Source: an uncultured archaeon (GTDB lineage: Archaea; Asgardarchaeota; Lokiarchaeia; Sigyniarchaeales; SOKP01). Taken from it: DNA of 64,000 nucleotides. The notes beneath the pieces were generated by a model. That model searched no databases. It was not told where the DNA came from and worked only from the letters and a program-made list of their open reading frames with translations. The stretch lies in assembly GCA_964388035.1 (NCBI GenBank), contig CAYLZE010000011.1, forward strand, positions 1 through 64,000, given 5' to 3'. This document shows positions 9,535 to 19,350 of the stretch, in pieces. Each line of letters starts with the position of its first letter. Position 1 is the stretch's first letter. Made by a program: the position numbers and the translations under genes.

Positions 9535-10434
9535 TTATTCTTTTAGAATTTCCATGAATCGATAGAAATAATCGTAAGACATTTCAAAATGCTTATCTTC
9601 TTTAGAATAATTTAATCCTTCTGAGAAAATTCGTTCAAATCCTTTAGAATCTTTATTTTGTATGATTTCTTTATATTCTTTAATAATTTTTTCAAGAAGT
9701 TCCAAGACTTTTCCAAATTGAGGATTCTCCATTTGAATATCACCAAACATTTCCATCTCTCGTTGGATGATGCTTTCTGCGAATACTTTTTGAAGTAAAA
9801 ATGTCGTTCCCGTGTAATTGGTTAATTCAGAGAGAGAATTGCTGGTATTGCGAAGAAGATATAAAAAAAGAATATTAAACATGTGAGGTACTCCTAAAGT
9901 GAGAGCAACTTTTTTATCATGAACTTCTGGGGTCGTCTCAGTTATTAAAAATCCAAGGTTCTTTAACTTGGAAATCAATTCATTTACTTTTTGATTATAT
10001 TGTTGTGTACCCCCGATTCTAATGAGAATTATAACATAATTTTTAAAGTCTTTAATTCCTGGACCAAACATTGGGTGTAGAGAAAGACAATTAATTGGAT
10101 ATTTTTCGCTTGCTAATTTTAATTCTGTACATACAGAATGTTTCAAGGAGGATACATCAAAAAGGAGTGCATTTTCTTTCAAGAATGGGGTTACTTTTTT
10201 GACCATTTCTGGCGTGTCCTTAATAGGTATGGAGATGATCACGATATCCGCTTCTTGTACACTTTCCTTTAAACTCAATGAATAACTCACGGAAAATTCC
10301 TCTGCTACCAGTTTTAACCTTTCTTCATTTCTTGCCATTAAAGTAATCTCAAAATCCAAATTTTTGAAAAGTCGCGTGAAAACTTTTCCTAGACCACCCG
10401 AACCTCCAATTATGGTTACTTTTTTTCCTAACAT
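9535..10434 (-). CDS. tyrA: Prephenate dehydrogenase
   Basis: Rossmann IIGGSGGLG, DVSSLK, HPMFGP, EVHDKKVA..LGVPH. Confidence 0.92.
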   Translation of the reverse strand: MLGKKVTIIGGSGGLGKVFTRLFKNLDFEITLMARNEERLKLVAEEFSVSYSLSLKESVQEADIVIISIPIKDTPEMVKKVTPFLKENALLFDVSSLKHSVCTELKLASEKYPINCLSLHPMFGPGIKDFKNYVIILIRIGGTQQYNQKVNELISKLKNLGFLITETTPEVHDKKVALTLGVPHMFNILFLYLLRNTSNSLSELTNYTGTTFLLQKVFAESIIQREMEMFGDIQMENPQFGKVLELLEKIIKEYKEIIQNKDSKGFERIFSEGLNYSKEDKHFEMSYDYFYRFMEILKE

Positions 10435-11303
10435 TATTTTAACCCTAAAAATTCAATTATTTTCTTTTTCATTAGCATTTTATTTGGAGTTTTGCCGATC
10501 CACCATTCGAAGGCTAAAGCCCCTTGATTTACCAGCATATCTAATCCTCCTAAGGTTCTACAACCTGATTCTTTTGCATCTTTTATTAATCTCGTTTCTA
10601 AAGGATTATATATAGCATCAAAAACAAATATGCTTGAATGCAAGAACTCTTTTGGAACAAGTGACTCAGTTGCTCGAGGTTCCATGCCTATGGAAGTGGA
10701 ATTGATTAAAATATCGGAATTAATTAACTCTTTCTTGAGATTTTCTCGATTGAGTTCTTTTGCATTATATTTTTTATTGAAATTCTTTTCAAGACTCGTT
10801 GTTAAATACTTGGCATGTTGTACCGTTCGATTTAAAATAACAATTTGATCAACGTCTTCTGCAATTGAAAACGTAATAGCTCTTGCAGCCCCTCCTGCTC
10901 CTATGAATAACACTTTTTTGTTCATTAATTTGCAGCCCGCTTCAATTAAAGCCATTTTACACCCTAAAGCGTCCGTATTTTTACCTAATAAAACACCATT
11001 CTCATTTTTAATCGTGTTTACAGCTCCAATTTGTACAGCAAGTGGATCAACCTCATCTAAATATTGTATAACATTAATTTTATGTGGGATCGTAACATTT
11101 ATCCCTTTAATTCTTAAAGCTTTAAATCCTTCTAAAGCATATTTAAGATCATTGGGATGAACGTCAAATGCCACGTACACGTAATCCAAGTTTAAATCTC
11201 TTATTGCGGCATTATGCATGGGTGGGCTCATGCTATGCCCTATTGGATGCCCAATCACGCATAAAATCTTTGTTTTCCCTGTAATTGAAAAATCTACGGA
11301 CAT
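10434..11303 (-). CDS. aroE: Shikimate dehydrogenase
   Basis: GHPIGHSMSP.MHN, NVTIPHK, GAVNT, NTD, GAGGAARA, DAIYNP.ET, MLVNQG; stop overlaps the tyrA start. Confidence 0.95.
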   Translation of the reverse strand: MSVDFSITGKTKILCVIGHPIGHSMSPPMHNAAIRDLNLDYVYVAFDVHPNDLKYALEGFKALRIKGINVTIPHKINVIQYLDEVDPLAVQIGAVNTIKNENGVLLGKNTDALGCKMALIEAGCKLMNKKVLFIGAGGAARAITFSIAEDVDQIVILNRTVQHAKYLTTSLEKNFNKKYNAKELNRENLKKELINSDILINSTSIGMEPRATESLVPKEFLHSSIFVFDAIYNPLETRLIKDAKESGCRTLGGLDMLVNQGALAFEWWIGKTPNKMLMKKKIIEFLGLK

Positions 11304-11506
11304 AAAAGAAGTAAATTCTTGTTATAAAATCATGTTGATATTTTTTCTAATGATAGAGATAATAATTCTTTAACTAATATAACTCGGTTCAATTAAAAAA
11401 AAATAAACTCTATAATGAAATTAATTCTAAAACTCAATCTTTTGAAATTTTGTTTTTTATTCTCGATTTCTTAAAACTTAAATTAATAAATTTAAATCAT
11501 ATTATT

Positions 11507-14269
11507 ATGAATTCTTCAATTGACTTTGCATCTGTTTCCTTAAGTGATATAATAGGAGATTTAACTCGTGAAGGTTTTTTTATCTATTGTGGGGCGGGTA
11601 TCTCAATTCCAGCTCCGACATGTGCTCCATCTTGGTGGGTGTTGACCGAAGAAATTTTAAAAGGCTTTTTTAATACAATCCCAAAAGAATGGGGTTTACC
11701 GAATGATCTAATTATTAAGGATCCCGATATAAAACCGGAAGAAGTTTTTGAAACATTTGCTTATGTTTTTGATGAATTGTTATATGATGTATTCAAAGCT
11801 CTTGATTTTGGTTCGTTCAATGCTAATCATCAATTAATTGCCCGTCTTGCAAGTTCGCGGAAATTAAAAGCGTGTTTTACTACCAATTTTGATACGTTTA
11901 TTGAAAAAGCATTAAATGCAGAGGGAGTTGAATTCGAGCTTATAATTGATAATGGTGAATTTGAAAACCTTCTCTCAAAATTAAACTCCGAGGGCATAGG
12001 AAATAAATTCATATTATGTAAGGTACATGGTACTACCGAACGTCCCAAAACCATTGTAAGTGTTGCCTCGGCCTATAAAAGTTCCAAGGGTTTTTCTACT
12101 CCCAAGGCAGACGTATTAACGTGGTTATTGAATCGATATCCTTGCCTATTTTTGGGGTATTCGGGTTGGGATTTCGAACATTTGAATTACCGGAGGTTTT
12201 GGGAAAGAGCAGGAAAAAACCTAAAACAAATATATTGGAATCGCAAACCTGGTGAAACTGATGGTCCCGTTTTTTCGGAAATTTTCCATGCTTGTATAGA
12301 TAGATTTACCTTTTGCGAAGCAGATTTACCTGACGGCATGGTTTCCGCATTGAATCAGTCATCCATCCCCAATTTAAATCTAAATGAATTAAACCTACTA
12401 AAACCTTCTGAAAATGAGCAGTTTTGGGGAAAAAATAAGAATGCTCGCATGCAATTCTTTGGAGATTGGTCTGATTCTCTCCCAACTGCGCATAAGTTAG
12501 CAGCAGCCATGACGGAAGGAGAATTGCTTTCTGCACGATTTAAAGAAAAACAAAAGCAATTAATCGAGAGTTCAAAATCTCAAACAAGCTATACAGGACC
12601 CGATCCCCATCTTCAACAAGAACTTCAAGAATTGAGCATTCAATTATCAACCCAACAAATATCCCTTGAAGATTACACTAAAAAATCATTTGAAATTCAA
12701 TTAAAAATGCAGTTAGGACCAGTTCGAGAAGAATATAGACCTTATATCACTTCGATTTTCTTAGATGATAAATTTCCAGGATTTACGGATGATTCCTTAA
12801 AGCAGCAACAATTATTACCTAAAATTATTGCCTTATTAGATCGATTCGAACCAGAACGGGCTGTAGAATTAGCAATCGAAATTATGAAGAAAGATGAGGA
12901 AGCTACTTTAAAGGGAGAACCCCATACTACCGCCGATATGACGTTAAATTTAATGTATCAATCAATAATTTCACCCAATGATGAAGAATGGCAACCATAT
13001 TACGAGAAAATGTTGGTTGAAAAAGAGAAGTACTTGCAGGGAGACATTGATTTGAACACTTTTAAAGCCTCGTTGATGGCAATTCTTAATGAATCTAAAG
13101 AAACCCAATTAGGAGTTACCATTCCCGTAGATGCTTTGCTAAACCGCCTAATGGAAGTATTCGTCGCGGGGTCGAAAAATGTAGAAGAATTTAAAATTAA
13201 TCTCGAAGCATTTAATCTAGCTGCTAATTATAGATATGCGTACATTAATTCGATCATGTATAAAACATCAGAATATAAGAAAATCGAAAGTATTTGTCAT
13301 GAGCAAACAGTTCCAATTGATCAATCAGCTTCTGCTCCGAAGATATCGCCAGAAGCAGAAAAACAATTAATTGAACTGGGATTAAAATATTCTCAAGGAA
13401 AAATTACTCTGGATGATTATCAAAAACAAGCAATTGCTATTTCTATGGGGAACATTCAAACACAACCACAAACAGGGCCAAATCCTTCGGAAGAAATGCC
13501 CATTGTTCCTAACAATTTACTTGAAGAGTATGACAAGAGAATAAGAGATTGGATGCGTCCCGTTCTCGATGCTCAATATGAATTCTTTGGTGATGAGTTA
13601 AATGAGACGAGAATATTAATCGAAATGACGATATTTGGAATTTGGATAGCTGGAACCCAATACCTGGATATAAAAAGTGGAACGAAAGTTCAACAGCTAC
13701 AAAATCAAGGTCTTTATCCAAAAGTTATCTCTAATCCATCAGTTACCAATTATCTGTGGAAAAAGAATGAAGAATGGATAAAAAAAGCAATAAAAGAATT
13801 ACCTAACAAGTTTATGCAAAGATTATGTTTTTACCTAATTACTTTCTCTGAAATGACAAATGATTTTCAATTATGCAGGGAAATTACTGAAAGGAGCCTG
13901 GAGTTAACGGAAGGAGTAATTAATGAAACGGTCTATCATAATATTCCTATTTGTTTAGCGTCCTTTTATCATGAACAGGGAGATTTGGAAAATGCCTTGA
14001 AATATTATTCTCTCGCTCTTGATGGAGTTAAGATGTTCGTCCCATCTGTTTGGTCGGATGTGGCAATTTATCAAGCGGCTCAAATGAATGCTCAAAAAGG
14101 TAATATTGAAGAAGCTTTAAGGATAATAGGAACTTATCATTCAGAATATAAAGGTAATTTACCTCCCTATGCTCCTCCTGCTAGAAAATTATGTCTTGAA
14201 TTTGCAGAACACCTTGCAATTCAATTAGGTTATAAAAATGCAAGAGAGGCTATAGGATCATTAATTTAA
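11507..14269 (+). CDS. SIR2-like (SIR2_2) domain protein with long helical region and C-terminal TPRs
   Basis: GAGIS, TTNFD, KVHG, FLGYSGWD; C-terminal TPR-like LASFYHEQGDLENALKYYSLAL; first ATG at 11507. Confidence 0.85.
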   Translation: MNSSIDFASVSLSDIIGDLTREGFFIYCGAGISIPAPTCAPSWWVLTEEILKGFFNTIPKEWGLPNDLIIKDPDIKPEEVFETFAYVFDELLYDVFKALDFGSFNANHQLIARLASSRKLKACFTTNFDTFIEKALNAEGVEFELIIDNGEFENLLSKLNSEGIGNKFILCKVHGTTERPKTIVSVASAYKSSKGFSTPKADVLTWLLNRYPCLFLGYSGWDFEHLNYRRFWERAGKNLKQIYWNRKPGETDGPVFSEIFHACIDRFTFCEADLPDGMVSALNQSSIPNLNLNELNLLKPSENEQFWGKNKNARMQFFGDWSDSLPTAHKLAAAMTEGELLSARFKEKQKQLIESSKSQTSYTGPDPHLQQELQELSIQLSTQQISLEDYTKKSFEIQLKMQLGPVREEYRPYITSIFLDDKFPGFTDDSLKQQQLLPKIIALLDRFEPERAVELAIEIMKKDEEATLKGEPHTTADMTLNLMYQSIISPNDEEWQPYYEKMLVEKEKYLQGDIDLNTFKASLMAILNESKETQLGVTIPVDALLNRLMEVFVAGSKNVEEFKINLEAFNLAANYRYAYINSIMYKTSEYKKIESICHEQTVPIDQSASAPKISPEAEKQLIELGLKYSQGKITLDDYQKQAIAISMGNIQTQPQTGPNPSEEMPIVPNNLLEEYDKRIRDWMRPVLDAQYEFFGDELNETRILIEMTIFGIWIAGTQYLDIKSGTKVQQLQNQGLYPKVISNPSVTNYLWKKNEEWIKKAIKELPNKFMQRLCFYLITFSEMTNDFQLCREITERSLELTEGVINETVYHNIPICLASFYHEQGDLENALKYYSLALDGVKMFVPSVWSDVAIYQAAQMNAQKGNIEEALRIIGTYHSEYKGNLPPYAPPARKLCLEFAEHLAIQLGYKNAREAIGSLI

Positions 14270-14465
14270 TATTTTTTTTAAAATAAAGTAATAATTATTA
14301 CAAAATTCAAATTCTCTCTTTTTATCTCATCTTTATAAATAAAGAATGGATTTAAAAAATTAATGAGTATATTAAAAAAGAATGAAATTTCACCAAATTT
14401 AACAAAAAAATGAATAATACTATTAAGTTTATTATTTTCAATGAAATATGAAAAACTAAATTAGA

Positions 14466-15767
14466 ATGTCCATTAATTATAAGCAAATTTTACTTAATCT
14501 AAAAAAGGAATTACCTTACTTGAATGAACTTGCTATAATTAAGAACGATTTTAACATAATTTACTCCACGGAAAAGTGGAATAATGAAAGTTTTTCTCAA
14601 TTCGTTTCTGATTGGTCTGCAACAAAAATACAAGATCTTACTTTTAATGGAATTAATTTTAAAAAGATTACTTCTACTTCAGATAGAATTATAGCATTAA
14701 ATCAAGAAGAGGGTTATCTTGTGGGCGTTAAGGACCGTAATTGGTTCATCATCGCCCAGATAGAATCTGATGGTATCATACCTTTTACCATAACCGAATT
14801 ATCGAGGTTGTTAGCAAGCTTACGTTTAAATAAACCACTTATAATTCGAGAAAAGCTGCTTAAAGAGAAAGATATAGAAAATGAAGATAAATTAAAAACT
14901 TTAAAAACAAAAGATAATCAAAAATCTATTAACAAAAATAATACCGGAATTGTGCCATTTAGTGCTCGTTTGATGGCCTATTATCGAAGTTTGGAAATAA
15001 ATAGGAAAAATTCACTCATCATCGATCCCTTGGCAACACGACTTGCTGGCGATTTAAAATCCTATTTTAAAAAGCATATTCGCTATTCTGAAATGGATTA
15101 TCCTATCGTTCGTTCCTACTTTATTGAAAATGCACTACTGACACCATGGTGTAGAGAAAAAGAAAGTTCTCAAATAATGCTTTTAGGAGCCGGATTAGAT
15201 ACCCGCGCATATCGATTTAAACCTTTAGAATTAAATAATCATGCGATTTTTGAACTTGATTTTCCCCAAATAATAACCTATAAAGAATCGGTATTATTCG
15301 AGGAACAACCTTTGTGCTCGCTTAAAAGGATTCCAGCGGATTTAACAACAGAAGAATGGCTCCCCCTTCTAAAGGAATCAGGTTTTTCTAAAAATTTACC
15401 CACAATCTGGATATTAGAGGGCCTTGTATATTATATTGAATTGCATCTTTGCATAAAATTACTTCAAAATATAACTCGTTTGAGTAATGAGGAAAGCCAA
15501 ATCTTTATAGATCTAATGCAACTTTCCCGATGGTTGAAATCAGATGATTATCTTTATTTGAATTCTTCTGATACTATTAATGGACACTTTAGATGGGGGA
15601 TGGATATAAAGGATGTCGCAAGATTCTTTTGGGATATTGGATGGGATGTCAAATGTGATTTTGCTGATGAGTACGATCAAGGTCGAGATGTGGGACAAAA
15701 AGCAATGGTATTCGTTCATGGAAAGCTTAAATCTCATGTGGAATGTGAAGAAAGATATAAAAAATAA
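14466..15767 (+). CDS. Profilin-like domain fused to LCM-family SAM-dependent methyltransferase
   Basis: C-terminal part has ARLMAYYRSLE, DPLA..LAG, LGAGLDTRAYR, FELD, WILEGLVYY. The N-terminal ~120 aa fits the Asgard profilin pattern (AII...IIYSTEKW...FNGINF....TSDRIIA.N...GYLVG). Confidence 0.8.
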   Translation: MSINYKQILLNLKKELPYLNELAIIKNDFNIIYSTEKWNNESFSQFVSDWSATKIQDLTFNGINFKKITSTSDRIIALNQEEGYLVGVKDRNWFIIAQIESDGIIPFTITELSRLLASLRLNKPLIIREKLLKEKDIENEDKLKTLKTKDNQKSINKNNTGIVPFSARLMAYYRSLEINRKNSLIIDPLATRLAGDLKSYFKKHIRYSEMDYPIVRSYFIENALLTPWCREKESSQIMLLGAGLDTRAYRFKPLELNNHAIFELDFPQIITYKESVLFEEQPLCSLKRIPADLTTEEWLPLLKESGFSKNLPTIWILEGLVYYIELHLCIKLLQNITRLSNEESQIFIDLMQLSRWLKSDDYLYLNSSDTINGHFRWGMDIKDVARFFWDIGWDVKCDFADEYDQGRDVGQKAMVFVHGKLKSHVECEERYKK

Positions 15768-15881
15768 AAAAAATATGGATTAAGAACTTTCAAAAAAGGT
15801 TTTTTTAATCTCTAAGTATTTTTGGTTATAGGACCACTCTTTCACAAATAATTTAATTTTTTGAAATGTTATACTATAACC

Positions 15882-17081
15882 ATGGAAGGAAAAAAAAAAT
15901 ATGATTTTCTTATTATAGGTGCTGGTCCAGCAGGATTAACAGCAGGGATTGTTGCTGCTAGAAAAGGGCATTCCGTAATTATTATCGAAAAAGGTAATAA
16001 AGCTGGTCCAAAACCCAGAGGAGAAGGGATGGGATATTTTCCTATTGTAGATACGATCTTAGGGCAAGGATTCTTGCCATCTATCGGTATCAAATCAAGC
16101 GGTGGACGTGTCTGGCATTCTCCTGGAGACAAACAAAAAACTATCACCCATAAAGATTACACGCATTTCTTTTTTGAATGGAGGAAGTTTATCGATCGGT
16201 TTGTCGAAAAGCTAAAGGAAGCGGGCGGATCATTATTATTAAATTCTGAAGTGATTGCTCCTATAGAAAAGAATGGAAAATGCATTGGTTTGAAATATAT
16301 AAGAGATGGTAAAACAGAGGAATTTTATGGAAAAGTCATTTTTGATTGTTCGGGATACGAGGGTGTTATTGCTAAAAATTATGGAATTGATTATGAAGAA
16401 ATGATATGCCCTATCACTAAGTGCCTTATTAGTAATGCGAATTACGATCTTAAAACAACACCCGATTTACAATTCTATTTCATAGGAAATGGAGATTTAA
16501 CCCATGCCCCCGAATTTCCTCCATGTGTGGCATATTTTTTTCCTCTTGATGGAAATCGAGCGGAAGTTGGGTTGATGTTGAGAATGACACAAATTCCAAA
16601 AATGAAGACCGTAAAAATTCCTAACGAAAGAGAAATTATGGAAGTATGGACGCGAATCAAAAAAGATTATCCCGGATTTCACGTGTTTTTTATAAATGCT
16701 AAAACCGACTATGAGGAAGTTACATATTTACCGAACGCTAAAATGGCTGATAAGTTTGTTCCATATCCTGGTGTCATTATTGCTGGAGATAGTGCTGGAT
16801 TCGTTAATCCTTTTGGCTCTTCAGGGCTCTATTATTCCATGGAGATGGCAAAAATGTGGCTCGATATGATAAGCGAAAAGCTCAACGATCCGGAGCCCTT
16901 TTCTCCGGAAAATATCGAAATGTATACCACGCAATTCATGCAATCTTCGGTATATGAGGAGGTAAGCCACTTCTATAATCTCATCGGGGCTTTTGAATAC
17001 ATGATTTTCAATCGAATGAGAACTTCAGAGCGTATAAATAAAAAATGGGATTATATCAGTTCACTCCTCGAGCAGGCGTGA
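15882..17081 (+). CDS. Geranylgeranyl reductase-family FAD oxidoreductase
   Basis: YDFLIIGAGPAG, DCSG, AYFFP....AEVG, AGDSAGFVNPFGSSG. Confidence 0.85.
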   Translation: MEGKKKYDFLIIGAGPAGLTAGIVAARKGHSVIIIEKGNKAGPKPRGEGMGYFPIVDTILGQGFLPSIGIKSSGGRVWHSPGDKQKTITHKDYTHFFFEWRKFIDRFVEKLKEAGGSLLLNSEVIAPIEKNGKCIGLKYIRDGKTEEFYGKVIFDCSGYEGVIAKNYGIDYEEMICPITKCLISNANYDLKTTPDLQFYFIGNGDLTHAPEFPPCVAYFFPLDGNRAEVGLMLRMTQIPKMKTVKIPNEREIMEVWTRIKKDYPGFHVFFINAKTDYEEVTYLPNAKMADKFVPYPGVIIAGDSAGFVNPFGSSGLYYSMEMAKMWLDMISEKLNDPEPFSPENIEMYTTQFMQSSVYEEVSHFYNLIGAFEYMIFNRMRTSERINKKWDYISSLLEQA

Positions 17082-17127
17082 TCTTTGAAGATAGTATTAA
17101 AATAAAAAGCTTTAAAAAATAATTTTT

Positions 17128-18561
17128 TTATTTTTCCAGTATTTGATTACTGATCTCTTTCCCTCTTACTAAAGAGGTAATTGCTCCGAACATGCATAAA
17201 ATAGCAGAAACAACGAATGCAGTGTGCATTCCCATTTCAAATTCCACTTTTGTTATTGGAGGGACACTTATAGAGATTTGGTCTAAAATAGCATTTAACA
17301 CGCTTGAAGGAATGAAAAGCAATAGAATTGCACTTAATAAAGCGATGGATATGGACTGGCCCATTACGCGCATGGTAGAAAGAGTTCCAGCGGCAATTCC
17401 CAAATCTCTCTTTTCAACGGATTTCATTATTGCAGTTTGATTTGGAGATGAAAATAGACCAATCCCTACTCCAATGATGAATTGGCTTATGATAATATAA
17501 ATTATCGGGAGATACATTATCGTAAGAATTAATGCAAAGTAACCAAACGCCATGATGCTCATGCCGAGAGTGCATGGAATTCTTGTTCCTATTCTATCAG
17601 ATAACCTGCCACTTAAAAGGGAAAATAATGCCATGGTAATGGTTGTTGGTACTAATAAAAAGGCTGCGATGGCGGGCGGGAACTTTAAGATGGATTGGAG
17701 ATATATTGATAATAAAAAACTAACTCCCATTGTTGCGATATAATTAATTAATGCTGCAGAATTTGCAGCAGCAAAAATTCTATTATGCCTGAATAGATTC
17801 AGGTTTAACATGGGAAATTTAGTTTTCCTCTCGATTAAAATAAAAAAGATAAATCCAATAATAGATATTATAAAAAAAGTTAAAATAATAAGGGACAACC
17901 AACCCAAAGTATTTGCTAAGCTAAGTCCTAATAGTAAAGAAGCCAATGAAATTCCAAATATTGCGGTTCCTAATATATCAAAGGTTTCATTTTTAACGGC
18001 GGGTTCAAGTGGTTTGATTTTAAAATAGCCGATAATGAATAGTATTGTTCCGATTGGGAGATTAATGGCAAAGATCGCCCGCCACGTAAAACCTTGCACC
18101 AAAAGTCCGCCTAAGACGGGTCCGGCAACGAGCCCGAGATAAATGGCAGCTACATACGTGCCCATAGCTTTGCCTGTTTCGCGTGGAGAGAACGTTTCAG
18201 TTATCATTGAGGGTGAATTTGCGGCAATAAAAGCACTCCCTGTTCCTTGTATTAAACGAAAAATAATTAACATGATACCGGAAGTGGCTAACATGCATAA
18301 GAAACTTGCGGATGTGAATAATGCCAATCCAAAAAAAAAATAGTTTTTTCTTCCCCTTAAATCGGCTAATCTCCCAAATCCAATAAGAGTAATGGCCATT
18401 ACTAAAAGATAAATTATGGGAATCCACTGGACTAATTCAAAAGAAGCTTGTAAATCGGTGGAAATTACGGGAATTGCAATATTTAAAATACTTCCATCTA
18501 AGGAAACCATGAAAGTTCCCACAGACACTATTCCAAGGACAATCTGTTTATATTCGGGCAT
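17128..18561 (-). CDS. MFS transporter, DHA2 (14-TM drug:H+ antiporter) family
   Basis: FMVSLDGSILNIAIP, GRLADLRGRK, GPVLGG, WRAIFAINLPIG. Confidence 0.92.
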   Translation of the reverse strand: MPEYKQIVLGIVSVGTFMVSLDGSILNIAIPVISTDLQASFELVQWIPIIYLLVMAITLIGFGRLADLRGRKNYFFFGLALFTSASFLCMLATSGIMLIIFRLIQGTGSAFIAANSPSMITETFSPRETGKAMGTYVAAIYLGLVAGPVLGGLLVQGFTWRAIFAINLPIGTILFIIGYFKIKPLEPAVKNETFDILGTAIFGISLASLLLGLSLANTLGWLSLIILTFFIISIIGFIFFILIERKTKFPMLNLNLFRHNRIFAAANSAALINYIATMGVSFLLSIYLQSILKFPPAIAAFLLVPTTITMALFSLLSGRLSDRIGTRIPCTLGMSIMAFGYFALILTIMYLPIIYIIISQFIIGVGIGLFSSPNQTAIMKSVEKRDLGIAAGTLSTMRVMGQSISIALLSAILLLFIPSSVLNAILDQISISVPPITKVEFEMGMHTAFVVSAILCMFGAITSLVRGKEISNQILEK

Positions 18562-19097
18562 GTGAGATAAAGTTTTTGTAATTAAAACTGCATAACATTC
18601 AATATTATTTAACTAATCTTGTTATAAATTAAAAAAAGGACCTCTCAAATAATATTTTATTAAACTAATTTAAACGCGGGAATTAGATCGGCGTTATAAT
18701 GACCGGATCCATTTTGTTAGTTAATTGCTAATCCATTAATATCAGTTTATTAACATTTTTAGGCTCATGATTGCCATTCATGAAAGATCACCCATGAGGT
18801 TTTAATAAATCATCTCAGTCCTAAGTATTTAAAATTCAAAAAACTTAACTGAAATTGAAAGACAAATGCTGTGTAGAGTATCGTTAAGACAATTGGAGAT
18901 GATAATCAATAATGCTGCATGTTATTCATCACTCAAAAATAAATCATACCCGGTAAATTACCATACCATCGATTTTCCAGGCATTTGTAAGCAGTTATTT
19001 GTTACTTGGAAGAATTAAGTGGTTATTAATTAGGTTAATATAGAAATGTAGTACAGATAAAAACAAGAATTAATCAAGAAAGACAAAATGATGCATA

Positions 19098-19346
19098 ATG
19101 AGTTTAAAATTTAATATATCTGAAATTTTGGATAAATTTGATCTTGATGAGAGAGAAAAGAAGAATCTTATTCATCTTTTTGATTTAACGAATTTTTTTT
19201 ACGACGATGAGCAAAATCTCACCAAAACGTTTAATTTGGTGAAGAAAGCTCGGGAGAAATTACGAGAACGAATTCAAGAAATGTTTGAATTTGAACTTAT
19301 AAATGAAGAAATGAATGATATATCTAATACAGATAAAATGGAGTAA
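19098..19346 (+). CDS. Small acidic helical hypothetical protein; first gene of the SMC-MoxR-vWA operon
   Basis: 82-aa ORF ending 4 nt before the ATPase ATG; its 3' end supplies a GGAG Shine-Dalgarno. Confidence 0.65.
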   Translation: MSLKFNISEILDKFDLDEREKKNLIHLFDLTNFFYDDEQNLTKTFNLVKKAREKLRERIQEMFEFELINEEMNDISNTDKME

Positions 19347-19350
19347 TACC

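Noticed and set aside
18866-19018. 50-aa ORF (MLCRVSLRQLEM...) upstream of the SMC operon
   Set aside because: No recognisable motif or clear SD and no resemblance to Mre11; it cannot be distinguished from chance without a homology search.
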